From an uncultured Candidatus Cloacimonadota bacterium (GTDB lineage: Bacteria; Cloacimonadota; Cloacimonadia; Cloacimonadales; Cloacimonadaceae), in contig CAYVXJ010000009.1 in assembly GCA_964454815.1 (NCBI GenBank), forward strand, positions 29,775 to 93,774: a stretch of DNA of 64,000 nt, in the 5' to 3' direction. Each line of letters opens with the position of its first letter. Position 1 is the first letter of the stretch. A program made the translations under genes and the position numbers. Under the pieces are notes generated by a model. The model did no database searches. It was not told the origin of the DNA and was given only the letters and a program-made list of their open reading frames with translations. Of this stretch, positions 1 to 8,127 are shown piece by piece.

Positions 1-1068
1 TCGATTACGTTCAGTATATATAACTATAGATCTAGTACATATTATCTATATGTTTGGGATGATATTTATAGCGCACCATATCTTTTCCGCTCAGGTGACT
101 GGACGCCCTTGGGACTACTTGGCATAGGTGATGTGAATGGAGATGACATTGATGATAGCCATCTTAGTGAACCGATTTACGGTCAGCATAGTCATTTCAG
201 GAAGATTGTTTTTTTTGGATCCACCGGATTTCCTCAATCTGATTCACTTGTTTTGGAGGAAGATATTTACTATCCAGATCCCCGAGCCTGTGCTTTGGGT
301 GACATCAATGGAGATGGTTACGACGATTTTAGCAGCTACGGTTTGAATGTTCACATGGGCTCAACATATCTATCCCCAAGTCCCAGCTTCACTTTATCGG
401 TTCCATCGATTACTTGGAGTTCTAATAACAACACGGGTTTACGCATGGTCTATGGCGACTTCAATGGCGATGGCTATGATGATATCGTGGCCTCAGACAA
501 TCGTTGGAGCTATTTTGATGGTGACGCTCTACTTTGGTTGGGTGGGCAGAACGTTAACGGAACATATGACCTTCGATTGGCGCATCCACAAGTAGCTGAC
601 AATTTCGGCTATTCAAAAGCTACTGGTGACTTCAACGGCGACGGGCTCTCTGATATAGCAGTATCTGCTCCTTTCTTTTGGGACGAAGGTAGCGGCCACG
701 ATGTTACGCCGGGCAAAGTGTATATTTACGCAGGGAATGCTTCATTGAATGATACAACAGTTAGCAATGATGACGAGCTTGCCCCGGTTATCTCAAACAG
801 CATTAGATTATATCCTAACCCCATCTCAAGGAATGAGCCTGTGGCAAAACTGATCCTATCTGCTTCCGGAACTGGTAGAACTGAGAGAATCGCAGTAGAG
901 ATGTTCAATCTAAAAGGGCAGAAGATCAAGACTTGGGATATAGCTGCGGACAATCCTGGCAGTGGGGTTTATGAAATAGATTGTGAGGGAATCGCTACCG
1001 GCATATACTTCATCCGTGCAAAGCATGGGACTGATAGGCTGGGCAGCACGAAGCTATTGATCTACTAA
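1..1068 (+). CDS. FG-GAP/VCBS-repeat surface protein with T9SS C-terminal sorting domain (5' end outside window)
   Basis: Frame 1 is open from nt 1. The translation matches the C-terminal 355 aa of the downstream paralog. Repeated GDxNGDGxDD (FG-GAP, Ca-binding-like) motifs. C-terminus is LYPNPISRN...MFNLKGQKI...IYFIRA...LLIY, typical of a T9SS CTD. Confidence 0.8.
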   Translation, partial: SITFSIYNYRSSTYYLYVWDDIYSAPYLFRSGDWTPLGLLGIGDVNGDDIDDSHLSEPIYGQHSHFRKIVFFGSTGFPQSDSLVLEEDIYYPDPRACALGDINGDGYDDFSSYGLNVHMGSTYLSPSPSFTLSVPSITWSSNNNTGLRMVYGDFNGDGYDDIVASDNRWSYFDGDALLWLGGQNVNGTYDLRLAHPQVADNFGYSKATGDFNGDGLSDIAVSAPFFWDEGSGHDVTPGKVYIYAGNASLNDTTVSNDDELAPVISNSIRLYPNPISRNEPVAKLILSASGTGRTERIAVEMFNLKGQKIKTWDIAADNPGSGVYEIDCEGIATGIYFIRAKHGTDRLGSTKLLIY

Positions 1069-1154
1069 CAATCAGGAGAGACAAATGAAAAAGTTGACTG
1101 TGTTGGCTATAGTATGCTTATTGCAGTGAATTCATCTATCCCTTCCTGAATGAA
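1..1154 (+). repeat. Tandem duplication, copy A (pairs with 1868-3022)
   Basis: Direct comparison: 1-173 is identical to 1868-2040, and 490-1083 is identical to 2357-2950. The middle segment is divergent. Homology decays after about 1154/3022. Confidence 0.9.
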
Positions 1155-1324
1155 CAGAATTTCTACATATAATAGCTTGACAGCAAAATGGATACTAACA
1201 AGAATGAACTGTAATGATTATCGAGTGTAGCGGTCACATTAAACTATGCAATCTTGAGATCGTTACGCACGTAAGGGATTATCTGTAACAAGGTTTCTTA
1301 ACTCCGGGGATTAAGGAGACTAAG

Positions 1325-2935
1325 ATGAGAAAAAGGTCTTTGCTGTTTATCGCACTCACGCTAGGAATAGTGTGTCTTTCCGCCCAGAACCACATGGATC
1401 TGATGACCACACTATATGGCGAGTTTATCGGCAGCTACTTTGGTAGAACGGTAGTGAGCCTGGACTACAATGGCGATGGCTATGACGATCTGGTAGTAGC
1501 TTCCTCCCACTGGAATCCCACCGGAGTTTACAACGAGAATATCAGATATGGCAAGCTCTACTTCTATTGGGGTGGTCCAGGTTTCGACAATATCCCGGAT
1601 TTCGTGATCGAAGGGGCTTATACACCACAGTTTGGAAATACGCCCGCACTCATTAATGCAGGAGATTTGAATGATGATGGCTTTGATGACCTGCTGGTTA
1701 GAGCACACGGCACAACTTACAATCCCAATATAGATTGTTATCTTGGTGTTTACCTGGGGAGGGCTAATCCCTCAGCTACGCCTGACATTATATGGTCGGC
1801 TCCGGGTGGAGTGGGGTTTTCTGTTAATGCCTTAGGTGACATAAATTCTGACGGGAAAGATGACCTTTCGATTACGTTCAGTATATATAACTATAGATCT
1901 AGTACATATTATCTATATGTTTGGGATGATATTTATAGCGCACCATATCTTTTCCGCTCAGGTGACTGGACGCCCTTGGGACTACTTGGCATAGGTGATG
2001 TGAATGGAGATGACATTGATGATAGCCATCTTAGTGAACCTATCTACGGTCAGCATAATCATTTCAGGAAGATTGTTTTTTTCGGATCCACCGGATTTCC
2101 TCAATCTGATTCCCTTGTTTTAGAGGAAGGTATTTACTGTCCAGATCCCCGAGCCTGCGCCTTGGGTGATATCAATGGAGATGGTTACGACGATTTTAGT
2201 AGCTACGGTATGAATGTTCATCTGGGTTCGCCCAATCTGTCTGTGCCACCCAGCTTCACTTTATCTGGTCCTACCATTACTTGGGGTACTGAGAATTGTA
2301 CGGGTTTACGCATGGTTTATGGCGACTTCAATGGCGATGGCTATGATGATATTGTTGCCTCAGACAATCGTTGGAGCTATTTTGATGGTGACGCTCTACT
2401 TTGGTTGGGTGGGCAGAACGTTAACGGAACATATGACCTTCGATTGGCGCATCCACAAGTAGCTGACAATTTCGGCTATTCAAAAGCTACTGGTGACTTC
2501 AACGGCGACGGGCTCTCTGATATAGCAGTATCTGCTCCTTTCTTTTGGGACGAAGGTAGCGGCCACGATGTTACGCCGGGCAAAGTGTATATTTACGCAG
2601 GGAATGCTTCATTGAATGATACAACAGTTAGCAATGATGACGAGCTTGCCCCGGTTATCTCAAACAGCATTAGATTATATCCTAACCCCATCTCAAGGAA
2701 TGAGCCTGTGGCAAAACTGATCCTATCTGCTTCCGGAACTGGTAGAACTGAGAGAATCGCAGTAGAGATGTTCAATCTAAAAGGGCAGAAGATCAAGACT
2801 TGGGATATAGCTGCGGACAATCCTGGCAGTGGGGTTTATGAAATAGATTGTGAGGGAATCGCTACCGGCATATACTTCATCCGTGCAAAGCATGGGACTG
2901 ATAGGCTGGGCAGCACGAAGCTATTGATCTACTAA
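1325..2935 (+). CDS. FG-GAP/VCBS-repeat surface protein with signal peptide and T9SS C-terminal sorting domain
   Basis: AAGGAG 6 nt upstream of the ATG. N-terminal signal peptide MRKRSLLFIALTLGIVCLSAQ. Multiple DxNGDGxDD FG-GAP motifs. C-terminal YPNP...FNLKGQ CTD. Confidence 0.85.
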   Translation: MRKRSLLFIALTLGIVCLSAQNHMDLMTTLYGEFIGSYFGRTVVSLDYNGDGYDDLVVASSHWNPTGVYNENIRYGKLYFYWGGPGFDNIPDFVIEGAYTPQFGNTPALINAGDLNDDGFDDLLVRAHGTTYNPNIDCYLGVYLGRANPSATPDIIWSAPGGVGFSVNALGDINSDGKDDLSITFSIYNYRSSTYYLYVWDDIYSAPYLFRSGDWTPLGLLGIGDVNGDDIDDSHLSEPIYGQHNHFRKIVFFGSTGFPQSDSLVLEEGIYCPDPRACALGDINGDGYDDFSSYGMNVHLGSPNLSVPPSFTLSGPTITWGTENCTGLRMVYGDFNGDGYDDIVASDNRWSYFDGDALLWLGGQNVNGTYDLRLAHPQVADNFGYSKATGDFNGDGLSDIAVSAPFFWDEGSGHDVTPGKVYIYAGNASLNDTTVSNDDELAPVISNSIRLYPNPISRNEPVAKLILSASGTGRTERIAVEMFNLKGQKIKTWDIAADNPGSGVYEIDCEGIATGIYFIRAKHGTDRLGSTKLLIY

Positions 2936-3022
2936 CAATCAGGAGAGACAATAGAAAAAGTTGACTGTGTTGGCTATAGTTTGCTTATTGCAGTGATTTT
3001 TATCTATCCCTTCCTGAATGAA
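1868..3022 (+). repeat. Tandem duplication, copy B (pairs with 1-1154)
   Basis: See copy A. The offset is 1867 nt, with a 1-nt indel near the end. Confidence 0.9.
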
Positions 3023-3060
3023 GATTGTACGTGCTATAGCTTTAACCATCAGGGCGGCTC

Positions 3061-3275
3061 ATTTCATTCCCTTTTCTTCCTCAGATGACTCTCTCATGAC
3101 CCTCTCATCACTCCCTCATCAAGACCAGGGAATTACCTGAGAAACATCTGTGAGAAATCAGACCATTACCAAGAGATTCCCGCGTGATCCCCGCGTGAAG
3201 CCCGCGTGAACCCCGCGTGAGCACGCGGGAATCACATGGGGATCACCCGTGCTTCACACGGGCAAGCTAAGGGAT
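3061..3275 (-). repeat. Composite intergenic element, copy 1 (canonical orientation on minus strand)
   Basis: Contains the 11-nt TCATGAGAG-type array (3079-3125, read as reverse complement), the CAGACCATTACC linker, and a long imperfect dyad (3177-3263) made of CCCGCGTGA units. Homologous to 18313-18515, 38782-38995 and 55655-55795. Confidence 0.85.
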
Positions 3276-3362
3276 TGCATAAGGTATTAGCCGGGATCTT
3301 TGCGTTCGGTAATTTTGAGCTTGACAGAGAAGCCCTTTACAGGGGCTATAATATCCCTCGAT

Positions 3363-5828
3363 ATGATAAGAAGATTTCTGCTTGTTTTCTCGCTTATAAT
3401 ACTGTCGCTGAGTGTGTTCCTTCCGCTCGGAGCGACAGGTTCGAAGGTCATCCTCAAGGTTTTTGAGCTGCCTGATCCGCGTAAGACAGACGCCTACACG
3501 ACGGCAAATCTGGCGGTGATCAAGGCTTTTCGGGAGAAATACCCCAATATCGAGCTCAGGGCATATTCCGGGATCAAGATCGAAGGGATGGATCTCGATG
3601 CGGGTCCGCTCATGGCAATTGCCGGGGGAGTCGCGCCGGACGTCATCTATGTGAATTTCCGCCAAAGCGATACCTATATCCAAAATGGCTTTCTCTATCC
3701 GCTGGATCGCTTTGTGAGCAAGATGAGCCCGCAGGAACTCCGGCTCCGGGTCGAGAAGCCCGTCTGGCAAGTGATCCGTCGCACCAAGGGCGGAGACAAG
3801 GCAGAGCGCGTCTGGGCAATGCCCTATGAGACGCTTGTCCGGGTCTTGATCTACCGCAAGGATGTGTTTAAGAAAGCAGGATTAGACCCAAACCGGGCAC
3901 CGCAGGATTGGGATGAATTCCTGCGCTATGCCAGGCTCTTTACCGATCCCAAGACCGGAAGCTGGGGCACCGTCCTCGCCTCAGGGCCTCAGGCAGCGTA
4001 TGATTGGCTGCCTTTCCTCTGGGGTGCAGGTGGAGATGCCGTCACCTATGACCCCGTCAAGCAGGAATGGAAAGCGAGTTTTGCCGGAAAAGCCGGGGTT
4101 ACGGCTATGGACTTTTACTTGAAGTTAGCCACGAGCAAATGGACGGATGGCGAGGGTAAGCCACAGACCGGTTTTGCCATTCGCGAGGGTGAATGGGGCT
4201 ATATGTGGCAGGAAGGCAAGATCGCGATGCGGATGGATTATCTCTCCCAGCAGAACATGGGCGGAAGCTATGATCCAAATCTCTACGGCTTTGCACCTGC
4301 TCCCCGTGGTCCTTCCGGCAGAGGTGGAAGCGAGATCAATTGCCGCATGATGGGGATCTTCTCGGGCGCCGGGATCAGCAACAATTCCGGCTTAGGAAAG
4401 CGGGATGCGGAAGCGGTCCGCGACGCGGCATGGAAATACATCAGCTTTTATGACAGTGAGGAAGCGCGTCGGATCCGGATGAAGATCATGGTGGCAAATG
4501 GTTTTGGCAAGATGCAAAACCCGGTCTTTCTCAAGCGTTATGGCTATGGCGAATATCTGAAATATGCTCCCGCAGGCTGGCTCGAGACCTTTGAACGGGC
4601 TCTGATCGACGGCAAACCGGAGCCTTTTGGCAATAACTGCCAGAAGGTCTATGAGTTTATGACCTATCCCCTGGAAGAGCTGGTATCACTGGCTCTGAGC
4701 GGGAAACTCAGCGAAGATCCGGCTGTACGTCAGGCGCAGATCTCCCGCATCCTCAGTGCCGGTGAAAAGCGCACCAACGCGGAGATGATCGGACGCATCG
4801 AGCCAAAGGTCAAAGCCTTTCGGGAACGCCTCGCGATGCTCATCGCGTTCTTTATCATGATCTCCTTTATCCTTGTGCTGTGGCGGGTATGGAGACTGCT
4901 AACCCCGGAGCTGAGGGTGGTCAGTACCACCCGGAATAAGAACCTGCTCTGGATAGTGCTGCTCACCGCTCCCGCGGTCATCACCGTATTCGTCTGGAAG
5001 TATCTGCCGATGATCAACGGAAGTTTGATGGCTTTCAAAGCCTATAACATCGCCGGAGCTTCCCCCTGGGTCGGCTTTGCGAACTTTGCGGAAGTGCTTT
5101 TTGACCCCTCTTGGTGGTCATCGGTGCTCAAGACGCTTTACTATATGCTGCTTTCGCTCGGGCTGGGCTTCGTCCCGCCCATTGCTCTCGCCATCCTCCT
5201 GCAAGAGGTTTCCCATGCGAAGATGATCTATCGGGTCGTCTATTACCTCCCTGCGGTGATCAGTGGCGTCATCGTCATCTATCTCTGGAAACTGCTCTAC
5301 AACCCCTCGGATGCAGGGGCTTTGAACCAGATCCTCCTGGCTCTGGGCTTGCCAAAGAGCATGTGGATCAAGGATGAGACTCTGGCTATGCTCTGCGTCG
5401 TCATCCCGACGATCTGGGCAGGGATGGGACCGGGTAGCCTCATCTACCTTGCCGCGCTCAAGAACATCCCCAATGAGCTGTATGAAGCCGCTGAGATCGA
5501 TGGTGCCGGCTTCCTCAAAAAGCTCCACTATATCGTCATCCCCTCCCTCAGACCGCTCATCATCATCCAGTTCATCGCCGCGTTTATCGTTGCTGCTCAA
5601 TCCAGCGACTTCATATTGGTCATGACTTTTGGCGGGCCAAACGAGGCGACACGGGTCGCAGACCTGATGATCTTTGAAAAGGCATATCTCTATCTCAAAT
5701 TCGGAGTTGCGACGACGATGGCTTGGCTCCTCAGCCTGCTCCTCATGGGCTTTACCGTCTTGCAGATCAAGCACGTCTCAAAGCTGGAGTTTAGAGCAGT
5801 GAATTCCGACAAGGGAGAGCAAAAATGA
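3363..5828 (+). CDS. ABC sugar transporter: family-1 solute-binding domain fused to MalF-type permease
   Basis: About 490 aa of SBP-like sequence follows a signal/anchor helix. Next come a linker TM helix, six TM helices and the EAA loop (YEAAEIDGAGFLKKLHYIVIPSLRP). The ORF track starts at TTG 3300; I prefer ATG 3363 (MIRRFLLVFSL...). The start is uncertain because there is no clear SD. Confidence 0.75.
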   Translation: MIRRFLLVFSLIILSLSVFLPLGATGSKVILKVFELPDPRKTDAYTTANLAVIKAFREKYPNIELRAYSGIKIEGMDLDAGPLMAIAGGVAPDVIYVNFRQSDTYIQNGFLYPLDRFVSKMSPQELRLRVEKPVWQVIRRTKGGDKAERVWAMPYETLVRVLIYRKDVFKKAGLDPNRAPQDWDEFLRYARLFTDPKTGSWGTVLASGPQAAYDWLPFLWGAGGDAVTYDPVKQEWKASFAGKAGVTAMDFYLKLATSKWTDGEGKPQTGFAIREGEWGYMWQEGKIAMRMDYLSQQNMGGSYDPNLYGFAPAPRGPSGRGGSEINCRMMGIFSGAGISNNSGLGKRDAEAVRDAAWKYISFYDSEEARRIRMKIMVANGFGKMQNPVFLKRYGYGEYLKYAPAGWLETFERALIDGKPEPFGNNCQKVYEFMTYPLEELVSLALSGKLSEDPAVRQAQISRILSAGEKRTNAEMIGRIEPKVKAFRERLAMLIAFFIMISFILVLWRVWRLLTPELRVVSTTRNKNLLWIVLLTAPAVITVFVWKYLPMINGSLMAFKAYNIAGASPWVGFANFAEVLFDPSWWSSVLKTLYYMLLSLGLGFVPPIALAILLQEVSHAKMIYRVVYYLPAVISGVIVIYLWKLLYNPSDAGALNQILLALGLPKSMWIKDETLAMLCVVIPTIWAGMGPGSLIYLAALKNIPNELYEAAEIDGAGFLKKLHYIVIPSLRPLIIIQFIAAFIVAAQSSDFILVMTFGGPNEATRVADLMIFEKAYLYLKFGVATTMAWLLSLLLMGFTVLQIKHVSKLEFRAVNSDKGEQK

Positions 5829-8119
5829 GCATTATCGGCAGAGTCGAAAGCAGATCAGCAAAGTATCGGATAATGAACCTCTGCATTCACCTTGTGCTCA
5901 TTATCGGAGCGATCACAATGGTTTATCCCTTCCTGCTCATGATCTCATCCTCAGTAAAGAGTGCCGTGGATAATACGAGATTGACCTTGATCCCGCCTTA
6001 TCTGCATGACAGTGAAGCGTTGTTTCAGAAGTATCTCGAATCCAGATATAACGAGGAAAGCAACCGTTTGACGGATAACTACGCGGGGAAATGGCTGGCG
6101 TTTTCCGAGGTGCGTGCCCCACATAGGCTCTATCCGGCGATCTATCGGGATTGGCAGGACTTCCTCGCCCGGAACAGAGAGAAGTATGGCTCCTATGATT
6201 TTTATGCGGCAGAGCATTATGGCAGAGGGGTCTATCCCCGCAATCAGCGCGTTATCCGCAAGCTGCTCAAAGCAGAGAACGATCATGATCTGAACGTTTT
6301 TAACAATCGCTACAGCACGGGAGTCCAGACTTGGGAAGAGATAGTCATCGAGGAAAAAGAGATCCTCTCCCGCAATTTCATCAGCAGTGACAAGGGCTAT
6401 CTCGGTAGATTTCAGGAGTTTAAGCTCTCGCTTCCGGATTGGCACAGGAACTATATCAATCTGGACGGGAGCTTTGCCCAGGCGGAGCTTATTCCTCTCT
6501 TTGGGGGTGACCTCAAGAAGATGAATGACTCGCTGGGAACGAGCTATACGGAGTGGGATCAGATCGTCCTCAGCCGTGAATGTCCCCCTCTGGACAACCC
6601 CTTACGGGACTTTTGGATCCACTACGTCAAGGAAGTGGTAAATATCCATCATATCCTGATCATGCCCGGCTCTACGCCTAAGTTCCGGGACTTCCTGCGT
6701 GCGAAATACTCTTCCCTGAGTCTCTTGAACCAAACCTGGGGAACCGGGTATCAGAGCTTTGAGGAAGTGACGATCCCGGTGACTATTCCGGATAGCGGGG
6801 CATTCGTCACCGATATCAGCTACTTTGTGCAGTATATTGCCGCACCGGAGGACCTGACGCTTCGCTCCATTCAGGAGGACTTTCGCGACTATCTCGTGCT
6901 TAAATATCGCGATGTAGATGGCTTAGCCAAGAGCTGGGGACTGTATGAAGGCTATTTGGAGCAAGCAGTTCCGTCCTCGGATTATCCCACGGAGAACCTT
7001 GTTCTGAGAGAGCTTTGGCGGGATTTCGTGCGTAGTGTCCCCGCGCAGATCAGCCTCAAGAGCGGTGCACGACAGGAATATCTGGACTATCTGACCCGGA
7101 GATATGGGCAAAACGGTGTCCTGGATCTGCGTCGGGTGAGCCGGATATTGGGGACAGATTACCGCACTCTCGAGGACATCACTCCTGCGACGACTCAGCC
7201 TGCAAGCATATCGCTACGATCTGTATGGCAAGACTTTGTCACTAACTATGTGAACCCTTCTATGATATCTCTCCGGGAACCGGAGAAGGTCACGGATAAT
7301 TATCGGAGCTTCCTGCGAGAAAGGTTCCGCAATGACACGGAGCTTTATCGGCATATCTATCGCTTGGGAGAGGATATCCGGGCATTGCCCTTCCCGCAGC
7401 AGCAGATCGAATACGCGCTGTTCATCGAGCATGAAGGCAACATCCGCAAGGAATTCCTCGTCCGGAACTATGCGATGGTCTTGGAGCAAATGCTGAGCGA
7501 CTCGCGTTCCCTGCGCAATACCCTGATCTATTGCCTGCTCTCCATCCTCTTTGCGATAACGGTCAATCCGCTGGCAGCTTATGCGCTGAGCCGGTTCAAA
7601 CCGAAGTTTGGCTATCAACTGATCATGGTATTTATGCTGACGATGGCTTTCCCGGCTATGGTCATCGGCATACCGAACTTTCTGATGCTCAAGAAGCTGA
7701 ACCTGCTCAATACTTTCTGGGCTTTGGTGCTTCCCGCGGCTGCGGATGGATACTTCATCTTCCTGCTCAAGGGCTTCTTTGACAGCTTGCCCAAGGAACT
7801 CTATGAGAGTGCAAGGATCGACGGTGCGGGGGAATTTCGCATGTTCTGGCAATTCACGCTATATCTATCCAAGCCTATCCTTGCCGTCATTGCGCTCGGG
7901 GCTTTCAATGCCGCATATCGCAACTTCCTCTTTGCCTTTATCGTATGCCAGGATCAGACGATGTGGACGCTCATGGTGCATATCTATGAACTGATGCAGA
8001 GAGCGAGCTTATCGGTCGGTTATGCCGCGCTGGTCATCGCTGCAATACCCACCCTCATGGTGTTTGTATTCTTCCAAAACGTAATCATCAAGGGGATAGT
8101 CATCCCCATGGAAAAATAG
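5825..8119 (+). CDS. ABC sugar transporter permease (MalG-type) with a roughly 500-aa periplasmic insertion
   Basis: ATGA overlap with the upstream stop. TM1 is VYPFLLMISSSVK, and TM2 resumes only at about residue 565. EAA loop YESARIDGAGEFRMFWQFTLYLSKP. Confidence 0.8.
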   Translation: MSIIGRVESRSAKYRIMNLCIHLVLIIGAITMVYPFLLMISSSVKSAVDNTRLTLIPPYLHDSEALFQKYLESRYNEESNRLTDNYAGKWLAFSEVRAPHRLYPAIYRDWQDFLARNREKYGSYDFYAAEHYGRGVYPRNQRVIRKLLKAENDHDLNVFNNRYSTGVQTWEEIVIEEKEILSRNFISSDKGYLGRFQEFKLSLPDWHRNYINLDGSFAQAELIPLFGGDLKKMNDSLGTSYTEWDQIVLSRECPPLDNPLRDFWIHYVKEVVNIHHILIMPGSTPKFRDFLRAKYSSLSLLNQTWGTGYQSFEEVTIPVTIPDSGAFVTDISYFVQYIAAPEDLTLRSIQEDFRDYLVLKYRDVDGLAKSWGLYEGYLEQAVPSSDYPTENLVLRELWRDFVRSVPAQISLKSGARQEYLDYLTRRYGQNGVLDLRRVSRILGTDYRTLEDITPATTQPASISLRSVWQDFVTNYVNPSMISLREPEKVTDNYRSFLRERFRNDTELYRHIYRLGEDIRALPFPQQQIEYALFIEHEGNIRKEFLVRNYAMVLEQMLSDSRSLRNTLIYCLLSILFAITVNPLAAYALSRFKPKFGYQLIMVFMLTMAFPAMVIGIPNFLMLKKLNLLNTFWALVLPAAADGYFIFLLKGFFDSLPKELYESARIDGAGEFRMFWQFTLYLSKPILAVIALGAFNAAYRNFLFAFIVCQDQTMWTLMVHIYELMQRASLSVGYAALVIAAIPTLMVFVFFQNVIIKGIVIPMEK

Positions 8120-8127
8120 GAGTTTAG

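Noticed and set aside
174-489. Diversity-generating retroelement (DGR) as the cause of the variable cassette between the FG-GAP paralogs.
   Set aside because: The substitutions include all base types (g>t, t>c, g>a, a>c, c>t ...) rather than adenine-specific changes. No reverse transcriptase or template repeat is visible.
3177-3263. CRISPR array hypothesis for the repeated CCCGCGTGA/TCACGCGGG units.
   Set aside because: The period is only 11 nt, with 2-nt gaps instead of spacers. The units are arranged as an inverted dyad. There are no cas genes in the window.
3300-3362. TTG at 3300 as the start of the SBP-permease gene, as in the ORF track.
   Set aside because: The extra 21 residues precede a perfectly good signal/anchor sequence beginning at ATG 3363, and they would overlap the tail of repeat element copy 1. 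Neither start has a clear SD, so this remains uncertain.
3236-3466. ORFs running through the repeat elements (3236-3466 plus strand; 18412-18594 minus strand) as possible element-encoded peptides.
   Set aside because: The reading frames are not conserved between the four copies. The 11-nt periodicity breaks any frame, and there is no RBS.
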